Source: Bradymonadia bacterium (lineage in GTDB: Bacteria > Myxococcota_A > Bradymonadia > UBA7976 > UBA1532). From it: a stretch of DNA of 64,000 nt. Shown one piece after another: positions 48,320 to 57,400 of the stretch (position 1 is the stretch's first letter; every line of letters begins with the position of its first letter). A program made the position numbers and the translations under genes. The stretch lies in the NCBI GenBank assembly GCA_046290225.1, contig JBKAGE010000081.1:1-64000 (forward strand). Reading direction: 5' to 3'. The notes beneath the pieces were generated by a model that had not been told where the DNA came from, did not search any database, and saw nothing but the letters and a program-made list of their open reading frames with translations.

Positions 48320-50395
48320 TTAGAAGGCCCCCGTACGCTGGTAGAGCCGGACCGGTCCGGCCGGCGTCTTCACCAGCTTGCCTCCGAGCAGCTTCTCTGC
48401 CGCGCGGTGCCCGACCCACGAAGTGCCCACAAAGTGCCCTTCATGACGACCTGTGAGCACCACGACGTCATCCGGGGTCACCTCGCCCAGCACACAGGGC
48501 GTCTTCGAACACGAGGCCACCACGTGCTGAAGTGAGCCCGCCTGCTTGCCCCAGAGTACGTGTGTCGGCCCGATGCCTGTTGTGCCGGCACGAGGCAAAG
48601 CCCACAGTTGCCCATCTGCGCCCGCCTTGAGCACGAAGGGCGCTCGAGTACGGCCCTTCTCCGCTGAGCAGGCGCCGCCGTCTTCGGTCACTCGCCAGGG
48701 GTACTCCCGATCGTCCGCCAGGGCTTGCACGTCGGCGACAGGCACCTCACAGGCCAGCACATTGAGCCAGTCCGCCAGATCTGTACCCTGAGCGCCTTCG
48801 TCCGCAGGCCGATCATTGCCGAAGACGTCGACGAAGATCGCCATGTGGCCCGCCTCGCCGATCTCGATCAGGTCGAAGGGCTCGTCTCCGCTGAACGGAT
48901 CGAGTGCATCCCACATGATGCCGGCGATGATCTCCTCGCGGTGGTCGCCCGAGACTGTGCCCGTCGTCGTGTCGAAGAAGGTGTCCTCTGCCACGCCCTG
49001 TTGAGTGACCGCCTCGAGATCGATGTGGCGGGTAGATCCCAAGAAGGTGTCGATGCTGTCGGGCACCCCACGGACCATCGCCGCGAAGAAGTAGGCCAGG
49101 CCCTCGCCATAGGCCAGCGTCGGCGTCACCTGTCGGTTGCGGTGAGGCCCACCTGGGGAGTCGTCATGGCTGAAGTGGGCCACGAAGTAATGGCCGAACT
49201 CGTGCAGGATGATGTCGTCGTCGTACTCGTCCGGATCTTCCAGCTGGCCGCCGAGGCTCACCACGTTGCGCGAATAACACGAGCCACAACCAAATGCCTG
49301 ACCACGCTGCCAGTTGAAGGTCAGCGTCGGGGAAGGGGCGTCGACATAGGGCGTGATGAATTCGAAGGCCCGCCAGACCACATCAGCGATGTTCAGGGCG
49401 CCGGCGATTGATTCATCCACAGGGGCCAGGAGCTGCAAGCCCTCCGCGAAGGTCTCAGGCTGAGCTTGCTGAGTAGACAATGCGTAGATCGCCTGGGCGT
49501 TCGTGCGATCGCGGACCACCACCTCGAATCCTTCATAGCGGCTCACCGCCAGGACCTGTACCCAGTGCTTTGCTGCCATCTGGACCGAGCCGGACAATGA
49601 GAAAGCCCCTGACTCATCTGTGAGGGTCTCCAGGGCCACGACACCATCGATGGAGCGGACCAGCTGCACCACCATGCCTCGGGCTGGAGCCGGCACGGGG
49701 TCGAGCAGTCCGCTGGGATCAAAGGGGCGGTCCTCATATTGAACCGTGCCGTCGATCTGGAGCGGCTCAGCATCTGCGAGGGCGAAGAGCGGCGCCGAGA
49801 GGGTGTAGGGGCCCTCGGCGTCTCGGTATCCATAGATGTGCAGGTGGAACACTCGGGGCGCATCGACGGCTGAGAGCGTGAAGCGTTCGAGATCGGTGGC
49901 CGACTCTGAGACCGCCACTGGATTGTCGAAGTCGCCATCGGCGTAGAGCGCCGCGTCGAGATCACCCACATCGTGGCTGAACCCAATGAGCAGCGCACCC
50001 TCGACCCCTGGGGGCAGGGTGAAGGTGTACCAGTCCTCGTCATCAGCGCAGATCTGGCCGTCGCGATCAGCTTCCAGGCCGAACACTGTCGCCGAGCCTG
50101 CCCGGTCATTGCCGTCCGGATCGCAGGGGTCGACCATGGCGTCGATGCCGCCGTCTTCGAGCACGGCATCGGGCGTCTCGGCGTCTGGCTGCGCCATGTC
50201 GACAGGCTCGGCATCGGGCGCCTCTGCGTCAGGTGTATCTGCATCGGCAAGGTCGGCATCGACCGCTTCAGCATCGACGAGGGTCATCGCGCCATCGGCT
50301 GCTGCATCAGGATCGGTCTGATCGACAGAGGTGTCAGAGGACTCACACGCGCCGAGGCAGACCATCAAGGCAAGGAGGGGCCAACGAGACATCAT
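48320..50395 (-). CDS. Lipoprotein zinc metallopeptidase-like protein with PPC-like domain
   Basis: LGAC lipobox, Asp/Ala linker, DEDWYTF..GDLD..LY domain, ILHEFGHY zincin motif followed by AYGEGLA. Confidence 0.75.
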   Translation of the reverse strand: MMSRWPLLALMVCLGACESSDTSVDQTDPDAAADGAMTLVDAEAVDADLADADTPDAEAPDAEPVDMAQPDAETPDAVLEDGGIDAMVDPCDPDGNDRAGSATVFGLEADRDGQICADDEDWYTFTLPPGVEGALLIGFSHDVGDLDAALYADGDFDNPVAVSESATDLERFTLSAVDAPRVFHLHIYGYRDAEGPYTLSAPLFALADAEPLQIDGTVQYEDRPFDPSGLLDPVPAPARGMVVQLVRSIDGVVALETLTDESGAFSLSGSVQMAAKHWVQVLAVSRYEGFEVVVRDRTNAQAIYALSTQQAQPETFAEGLQLLAPVDESIAGALNIADVVWRAFEFITPYVDAPSPTLTFNWQRGQAFGCGSCYSRNVVSLGGQLEDPDEYDDDIILHEFGHYFVAHFSHDDSPGGPHRNRQVTPTLAYGEGLAYFFAAMVRGVPDSIDTFLGSTRHIDLEAVTQQGVAEDTFFDTTTGTVSGDHREEIIAGIMWDALDPFSGDEPFDLIEIGEAGHMAIFVDVFGNDRPADEGAQGTDLADWLNVLACEVPVADVQALADDREYPWRVTEDGGACSAEKGRTRAPFVLKAGADGQLWALPRAGTTGIGPTHVLWGKQAGSLQHVVASCSKTPCVLGEVTPDDVVVLTGRHEGHFVGTSWVGHRAAEKLLGGKLVKTPAGPVRLYQRTGAF

Positions 50396-51468
50396 CACTC
50401 CACTGCAGAGGCCAGCCGGGCCGCTTGAGCGGAGCGCTGGGCAGGCTTGCTGCTTCGGTGGGACATGGCGAGCTTGAGGCACATGGTCTCGAGCACCATG
50501 CGGGCGTTGGCGGAGCGATAGGCGATGGCCTGCTCAGCATCGCTCACCCACGCCAGACGCTCGAGGACCTGAGGACCCGTCAAGCCCTCGGCGCGTTGCT
50601 GTAGCCGCTCGAGCAGGTCTCGATGTACGAGGTTTTCGGCTGGCATACCGGTCTGTACCAGCAAGACGTCGCGGAACCACGACCGCATGACCTGGAATAC
50701 GAGGGGCAGGTCGGGCTTCCGCCGAGCGAGGCTCTCGGCGAGGTCGATGAGGATGGGCACCTTGTGAATGCCTTCGGGATCGTCGATGCCCTCGATGAGG
50801 CTCAGCCGCTCCGCGAGCACGGGGCTCTCGGCGATCTCGAGCCCTCTGCCGATGGAGCCCTCGGCGAGACCGGCGAGCAAATCAGCCATCTCGGGCTCAA
50901 GGCCGGCCTTCTCGGCAAGGTGCCGCGCCACCACATTGCGAGGCAACGGCCCAAAGCGCACGCGCTGGCAACGGGACAGAATTGTGGGCAGCAGCAGGTG
51001 AGGGGCGGCGCTCACTAGGATGAAGTGGGTGTTGGGCCCTGGCTCTTCGAGGGTCTTCAACAGCGCGTTCGCTGTCGCCGGGTTCATGGCGTGGGCGTCG
51101 AGCAGGATCACCACCCGCCGGTGGGCTTCATAGGCCTTGTAGCTCAAGGCCTGTTGCAGGGTCCTGATCTGGTCGATTTTGATCTGCTGCTCGGGGCTGC
51201 CGTCTTTCTTACGGCCTCGCTGAACGATGTGCAGATCTGGATGCTGGCGCTGTTTGGTCCTCAGGCATGTGTTGCACTGCCCACATGCGTCCCCCATCTC
51301 CAGGGGGGTCTCGCACAGCAGCGCTTCGGCGAGGGCCTGGGCGGTCAACGCCTTTCCGACCCCGTCAGGGCCCGCAAAGAGGTAAGCGTGGTGGAGTCGG
51401 CCCCCATTGAGGGCTCTGCGCAGCGCCTCGATGGGGGCGCTCTGACTTTCGATGGTGCTCAACGACAT
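50395..51468 (-). CDS. holB: DNA polymerase III subunit delta'
   Basis: HAYLFAGPDGVGK, C..CGQCNTC zinc motif, HPD, IKIDQIR, ANALLKTLEEP, PTILSRCQ. Confidence 0.95.
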   Translation of the reverse strand: MSLSTIESQSAPIEALRRALNGGRLHHAYLFAGPDGVGKALTAQALAEALLCETPLEMGDACGQCNTCLRTKQRQHPDLHIVQRGRKKDGSPEQQIKIDQIRTLQQALSYKAYEAHRRVVILLDAHAMNPATANALLKTLEEPGPNTHFILVSAAPHLLLPTILSRCQRVRFGPLPRNVVARHLAEKAGLEPEMADLLAGLAEGSIGRGLEIAESPVLAERLSLIEGIDDPEGIHKVPILIDLAESLARRKPDLPLVFQVMRSWFRDVLLVQTGMPAENLVHRDLLERLQQRAEGLTGPQVLERLAWVSDAEQAIAYRSANARMVLETMCLKLAMSHRSSKPAQRSAQAARLASAVE

Positions 51469-51480
51469 AAGGAAGACTTC

Positions 51481-51510
51481 AGGGCAAGGGCAAGGGCAAG
51501 GGCAAGGGCA
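51481..51510. repeat. Simple sequence repeat (AGGGCA)5
   Basis: Five perfect hexamers, 12 nt upstream of the holB ATG. Confidence 0.95.
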
Positions 51511-51677
51511 AGAGTCGCACGGCCCGATCTTTTATGTCGGAGCATACGGTACGACGACCGCTGAGGGGAGAAGATGTCTGCGCTGTCACGGTTCAGAAGC
51601 AAGGAGCACAAACAGGTGCTGCGAGGGCCAAGGGGTTGGCAACAACCCTCGTAAATCGCACGAGCCTTGGCAAAGAA

Positions 51678-51843
51678 CAGAAGCGTCAAAGCGCCCCACA
51701 AAGCCATAACCCACCTATGCACGTGCCCCCGCGGAGGCGCGGAGACGGTGGCAGTCAGAAGCTCCAAAGAGCCCCAGAAAGTCTCACAAAGCTATAGCCC
51801 AGGTGTGTACGTGCCCTGCGGAGGCGCGGAGGTGGCGACAGTC
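51678..51843. repeat. Degenerate tandem duplication (about 78-88 bp unit)
   Basis: 51697-51756 vs 51785-51843, about 48/60 identical by manual alignment, shared core GCGGAGGCGCGGAG. Confidence 0.8.
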
Positions 51844-51932
51844 GTTGTGAGGTCGGTGAGTTCTCGTTCAGATGCGGGATTTCACCCGCAGGCGCAGCAG
51901 CGCTGCGCCGAGGACGGAAAGGTCGTAGCTGG

Positions 51933-51984
51933 GCGGGAAATCGCCGGCGTCACGGCGGCTGGCGCCGCCGCAGCGCCGGAGCAA
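51933..51984 (-). repeat. Dispersed hairpin repeat copy directly after the fadL stop
   Basis: 43/52 identical to 137-188 by manual ungapped alignment. Confidence 0.8.
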
Positions 51985-53460
51985 TCAGAAAATGTATTCC
52001 ATGTTGAGGTTCAACACGCCCACAGCCTGGTTGTACTCACCCGCGGAGTCGGGATTACGGCGGGTGGTGGAGCCGGCGAAGGGCGTACCGGACACATCGC
52101 TCTGACCGTCGCCATTGGGGCGGGGGTCGATGTCGCGGGTGAAGTAGTAGAGCTGGGTGTAGGTTGCCGCCAGGACGAGATCGGCCTGCTTGGTCTCCTC
52201 GTTCTTGTTCAACATGAAGCGGGCGCCGAGGGAGCCGCTGATCTTGTTGGCGTCGAAGAGGGCGGGCTCCACCGTGGAGTCGGGGGCTGCGGTGCTGTCG
52301 AAGCCCGCGCCGACGTAGATCTCGGTGGTGTCGTCGAGGAACCGGGAGTAGCCACCGCGTACGCCGAAGCCGTCGTCCCAGTCACGGGGCAGCTCGGCGA
52401 GGTTGCAGTTGTCGGAGTTGCCGTTGGTGTTGAAGATGCACTGACGGTCGAAGACGCTCCAGCGGGCGTAATCACCGAAGAGGCGGTACTCGTTCATGCC
52501 ATCGCGCAGGCGCCAGCCGAGGCGGAAGACGTCGGGGTAGCTCTGCTCGAGAGTGGCGTCCTCTTCCTGGGTGGGACCGCCAGCGAGGTATTTGCGGGAC
52601 TTACCCTCGACGCTGTTCTGACCAAAGCCCGGCTGGCTCTGGTACGAGAAGCCGAGGAAGTGACCACCGCCGGGCTCCCAAATGACACCGAGGCCCAAGG
52701 CGAGCTCCCAGCTCGACAGATCGACGTCAGCGCGACCCTCGAGGCGCTCGTCGGTGATGTCACCGTTGGCACCAATGGTACGGGTCACGAGGTGATCTTC
52801 ACCGGAGCCCAGTCGAGCGCGAACCGTCTTGACCTCGTTCTTCACCAGGTTGACGCCCACGCCGAAGGACAGGCCGTAGTCGGGCAGGCGGTAGGCCGCT
52901 GCGCCGGTGAAGTAGAGGGAGCGGATGGTGCCTTCGATGGTCCACCAGCGCTGCGAGCCGTCTTGCAGGCCGGGAAAACCGTCGTAGGGAGCGCCAGGGG
53001 TGAAGTCGGACTTGTCGTAGACCGACTGGCCGCCGAAGGGGGCGTAGAAGCTCAGGCCGGCGCCGAAGTTCTTGATGCCGAAATCGGAAGCCACGCCGAT
53101 GAAGGGGGCGCCGAGCACGTTGAAGAGGCTCGCCTCACCGGAGTTGGCGCCCACCAGCTCCGGCGGGGTGCCGTTGACAGTGCCCTGAGGCTCGTCACCG
53201 GTGAACACGTAATCGATGGCCTCGGCGGGGCGGTCGTACGTAAAGCTGCGCCACGCGAGGCTGCCGTCGATGTACAGGCGGAAGCCACCCTGCTTCAGCG
53301 CGAGGCCCGCGGGGTTGTAGTACATCGCCGTGGGATTGTCGGTGGTGGGGTGACCGTGCTCTCCGCCAAAGCGCGCGACCAGAATACCGCTGGCCAGGGC
53401 GTCAGCGCTCGCCAGTGCGCCAGTGAGCGACAAGGCGGCGATCAGTTTTCTACGGTTCAC
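51985..53460 (-). CDS. FadL/OmpP1 family outer-membrane hydrophobic-compound transporter
   Basis: Signal peptide, AMYYNPAGL, YAPFG, DW.D..GVR.G, C-terminal EYIF. Confidence 0.85.
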   Translation of the reverse strand: MNRRKLIAALSLTGALASADALASGILVARFGGEHGHPTTDNPTAMYYNPAGLALKQGGFRLYIDGSLAWRSFTYDRPAEAIDYVFTGDEPQGTVNGTPPELVGANSGEASLFNVLGAPFIGVASDFGIKNFGAGLSFYAPFGGQSVYDKSDFTPGAPYDGFPGLQDGSQRWWTIEGTIRSLYFTGAAAYRLPDYGLSFGVGVNLVKNEVKTVRARLGSGEDHLVTRTIGANGDITDERLEGRADVDLSSWELALGLGVIWEPGGGHFLGFSYQSQPGFGQNSVEGKSRKYLAGGPTQEEDATLEQSYPDVFRLGWRLRDGMNEYRLFGDYARWSVFDRQCIFNTNGNSDNCNLAELPRDWDDGFGVRGGYSRFLDDTTEIYVGAGFDSTAAPDSTVEPALFDANKISGSLGARFMLNKNEETKQADLVLAATYTQLYYFTRDIDPRPNGDGQSDVSGTPFAGSTTRRNPDSAGEYNQAVGVLNLNMEYIF

Positions 53461-53581
53461 TTCACACCCTCCAGGATCTTTGGTGCGTCAAACGACAAAG
53501 TCCGAATTGACAAGACGCTGACAAGCGTCGCAGACTCAGCCGGTAAATCAACAGATAATTGTTGCTTGAAAGGCCCGTACC

Positions 53582-54277
53582 ATGCGGCGATCCCCCCTGT
53601 CAAAGCTTTCACTTGCCACGGTGAGTCTGTCCGTTGCGGCCATGTGCGGCTTGCACGGTTGCCCTGATTCAGCAGGTGTATATGACGACTTCGAGGGCAA
53701 GGCTGAGCAGTACGAGCCCGTGGTGCTCGCCGACGCCGACATCCCCGACATGGCCCTCGCCGGGTGCACGGTCGATCCCTCTGTCTGCGAGATCGACGGC
53801 GACTATCTGCTGACCCTCGCGACCCAGATTGACCCGGGCCGCCCGGTGCAGTTCCGCGTGACCGCCACCTACGACGGCGACAGCCGCATGCTCGACTGGA
53901 CGCTGATCCCATTGCGCCAGAAGTGTGATGACGGGGCTGACTGTGCTGCTGACGATCCGCGGCGCCTCGAAGATCTGCCCGATGGAGCCATCAACCCCGA
54001 TCCGGTCCTCGTCGGCGAAGACGGCAGCTTCTCCATTGATTTCGGTCAGGCCACCGTGCCCGGCGACGGCAACGCCATCAGCGGCTCGCCCATCGTCGCC
54101 ACGTTGATCCTCAACGGCCGCATCAACGACGATCGCAGCATGTGCGGCAACTTCGAAGGTGCTCTCATCGAGCCCTTCCCCTTCGATCTCGTGAACGAGA
54201 TGAACAACTTCGGCACCACCTTCCTCGACGAAGGTGTGCGTGCTGGCGAGGTCATCGCCAACGATCGCTGCCCCTGA
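53582..54277 (+). CDS. Hypothetical lipoprotein
   Basis: LHGC lipobox, acidic beta-rich body with several cysteines, GC3 bias. Confidence 0.7.
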   Translation: MRRSPLSKLSLATVSLSVAAMCGLHGCPDSAGVYDDFEGKAEQYEPVVLADADIPDMALAGCTVDPSVCEIDGDYLLTLATQIDPGRPVQFRVTATYDGDSRMLDWTLIPLRQKCDDGADCAADDPRRLEDLPDGAINPDPVLVGEDGSFSIDFGQATVPGDGNAISGSPIVATLILNGRINDDRSMCGNFEGALIEPFPFDLVNEMNNFGTTFLDEGVRAGEVIANDRCP

Positions 54278-54477
54278 TGGAGAGTTGATCTCAGCCTTCG
54301 AGATCTGCCTCGAATTTCTCGCCTCACCCGGCGTTCTTTCCCTGCGCCACCTTTCCCTGAGCCATTGCCTACGTTGACCTGACTGCCCTGCCGGGTGAAA
54401 ACAGGTGCGTGAACATGACTGCGTGACGACCGCCGCACGAGCGCTGGCGACATCGTCGTCAACTCGAGAGGAGCATC

Positions 54478-57400
54478 ATGGGAGGCCACCGCGGGCTGCG
54501 CGCCCTCTGCCTGACAGTGTTGTGGACCATCGGATGTGGTGGGGGCACCCCCGCAGATCCCGGCGACAGAGGCCCAGGGGGCGATGGCTCCGGTGGGCCT
54601 CAGCCCGAGGTGGTCACGGTTCAGCGACCTCCGGAGCCTCCGCAGCCGTTCAATGTGCGGCATGTGGTCATGGTGCAACTCGATGGCCTCACCCCGAGCA
54701 TGCTCAGAGACTATCTCTCCCGGCCCGCCTCTCGGGGGGATGGCAGGGTGTTGTCTCATCTACTTGGTGCATCGCCGGCGGCGGGGGCTCCCGTGCGATT
54801 CGAGCGGGCGCGTCTGCCGCGGCAGGTGCTCGCGCCTCTCCCCGGCGCCTTGGACACGGTCTCCGCCAGCCTGCTCACAGGGTTGCCGCCCCGAGAGCAC
54901 GAGGTCCGGGCCGACGGCCAGCGCATCACCCCGACGGTGAACTCCATCTTCGATGCTGTGAGCCGCGCCGGCGGTGACTCGATCTGTGTGGGCTTCCCCG
55001 ACTGTGGCACTGCCACGGAGAAACTCCAGGGGGTGAGCGACGCGGTGCGGGTGTCGAGCCTGGCCAAGGCCCTTGGTGGCCGTCGTCGGCCACCTACCCT
55101 CATCACCTTGCGGCTCAACGGCCTCGCCAGAGCCCTGGAGGCGGGCGGTGTGGAGGCAGGGGTGGATGCGTTGTCCTCGGTGGACCGGCTGCTCTACACC
55201 CTCGCCGATGCAGGGCCTCCAGGAGAGTCCACCCTGTGGATCCTCGCCTCTGGCGCCTCTGCGATCCCGTTGAGCGAGCCCAAAGGGGTCTCGGCGGCCA
55301 AGGTGCTGGCCACGCTGCGCAGTCAGGCGAAGCAGCCAGGTTTGAGCCCCGACAACCTGCAAGCTACGGGTGGCTTGATTCGGATGACCGATTTGCCCAA
55401 GGGGGCTGATCGCCCGGTGGCTCAGGTCCTCGCGGCGTTGCCGTCCACGGCCATGGTCCTCATGCGGGGCATGGAGGGGGTCTCGGTCTTCGATCCTGAT
55501 CTCAAGGCACCTCGGCCTTTGACACAGGTCGAAGCCGAGGGCTATCCCGATCTCGAGCGTCGAGTGCTCTTCTTCGCCAACCCCGGTGACGTCATCGCCC
55601 TCGCCGACGCCGAGAAGGGCTATGTGTATCTGCCTCCAGGCCGGGCGCCGGGTCGGGTGCGTCAAGGGGGCGCCACCGCCGCGGAGACCGACGTGGCGGT
55701 GGTCTTCGCGGGCCTGCCTCTGCGTCGGACGCCTCCTGGGGCCCTCGATCAGATGCCCCTCGAGGCCGTGGCCCCCACGCTGCTCGACGTGCTCGAGGTG
55801 GGCGCCATCAAGCTGGGCCCCGATGTAGAGGCCTTGAGCCAGGCCGCTCGGCTGCGGCCACGGTACGCTACCCCGACGTCAACGCGCTGGGCGAGCTGCC
55901 GCGAGGCAGGCGACGCCGCACGTCGGGTCGAGGTGCCGTGCACGTCGGTCATGCGCCACACGAGAGATCCGCGAGCGGCCGCTGAGGCGTTGCTGTTGCG
56001 GACTGTCGCCGATGCCAAGGCCGGCGCTGAAGAGGCGGTCGTGCGCCAGCGCCTCGAGCTGGTGGCTTGGCTTGATCCCCACGTACGCTGGCCCATGAAC
56101 GACGGCGGCTTGAAGCCCATGTGGCCCAAGCGGCCAGTCCGTGGCCGCTCTCCTGGGGGCGTGCTGGTGCTCGTGGGCGGCCTGGAGGCCGAGGTTATGG
56201 CGCCGGCGCTCGGCGCTCTTGAGGCCTTGGGCAAAGCCGAGGTGGTGCCTGTGCAGCGTTTGCCGCTCTTCGTGCCCGACGGAGACGACAGCTTCGCCGC
56301 CCTCATCGGACGCGTCACTGGAGCGTCGGCGGTGGTCTGGGCCCACGAAGGCAAGGTGAAGATCACCGCCCCGACGGCGCTCTTCGGGCGCCTGGAAGGC
56401 CCGGGCTGGTCCTCGGCACCGCTCGGCAGCGACATCTCGTCCGACCAGCGGCTGGCCACCGTGGCCTCTCACATCCATCTGACTCAGGGCCTCGTGGCCC
56501 TGGAGAACGGCTACCCCGCTCGGGCCAGCCGTTATTTGTCTTCGGTGCAGGGCCTGTCTCCTGAGGTCGACCGCTGGCGGAAGACCATGCTCGACTTCAG
56601 CATGCGGGCTGCTGATCCCGAAGCAGCGCCTGCAGAAGGCGGCCTCGAGGCAGGTTGGGTGGGGGCCGTACAGGCCATCATGCGCCGCGTCGATGGTGAA
56701 GGCCCCGAGCTGCCCACCAGCGGTGAATGGGGGGCCCGAGAGGCCAAACTGCTCGAGGCCGCTCGAGCCGCCGTGGGCAAAGAGCCTGCGCTGTGTGCCC
56801 AGCCGCCTCTCGCCGACCGCCTCACCGCTTTGTCCCGTGGGGCGGAGATCCTGGAGAAGCTCTCGCTGCCGGGCCTCGCCGCCCGGGCTCGAATCCGTCG
56901 CGCTGGCCTGCTCGCCGAGAAGCCCGAGGCCGCCATGGCGGAGCTCGACTTCGCCCTCACCCTCATCGAGGCCGAGTGGGCCGGCTGGCTCAGGGCGGAT
57001 GTGGCCCGGCGGGTGCTGCAGATGGCCATCTACGCCCCCTGGGCTCAGGGCACACCACAGAGAGGGGCGCTCATCGATCGCGCCGCTCAGGTGGTCTTGC
57101 GCCGTATGCAGGCTGATCTCGCCGCGGCTCGGGCCGAAGGCGTGGATCCGAAGAAGAGCCTGGAGCAACTGACCGCGCTGCTCGACGGCTCCACCGCCAG
57201 CCTGCCCATGCTCCAGCGAGAGACCCTGGAGCTCGCCGTACAAGGGAACCCCGAGCTACGACCTGCGCTGATTCAGCAGTTCCTCGTCGACGGTGCTGGC
57301 TTGACATCATTGTTCACCGCCGAGGGGGTGAGGCGACTGCGCATCACCGCGGACCTCATCGAGCAGCTCGCTGATCCGCCTCGGGGCCTCAAGATCAAGA

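Noticed and set aside
51459..51767. 102-aa ORF with LALALA tract
   Set aside because: The tract is the translated microsatellite; no family motifs and atypical codon use
54336..54364. 14-bp direct repeat CTTTCCCTG(C/A)GCCA x2 upstream of the giant gene
   Set aside because: Two copies only and no other support for a function
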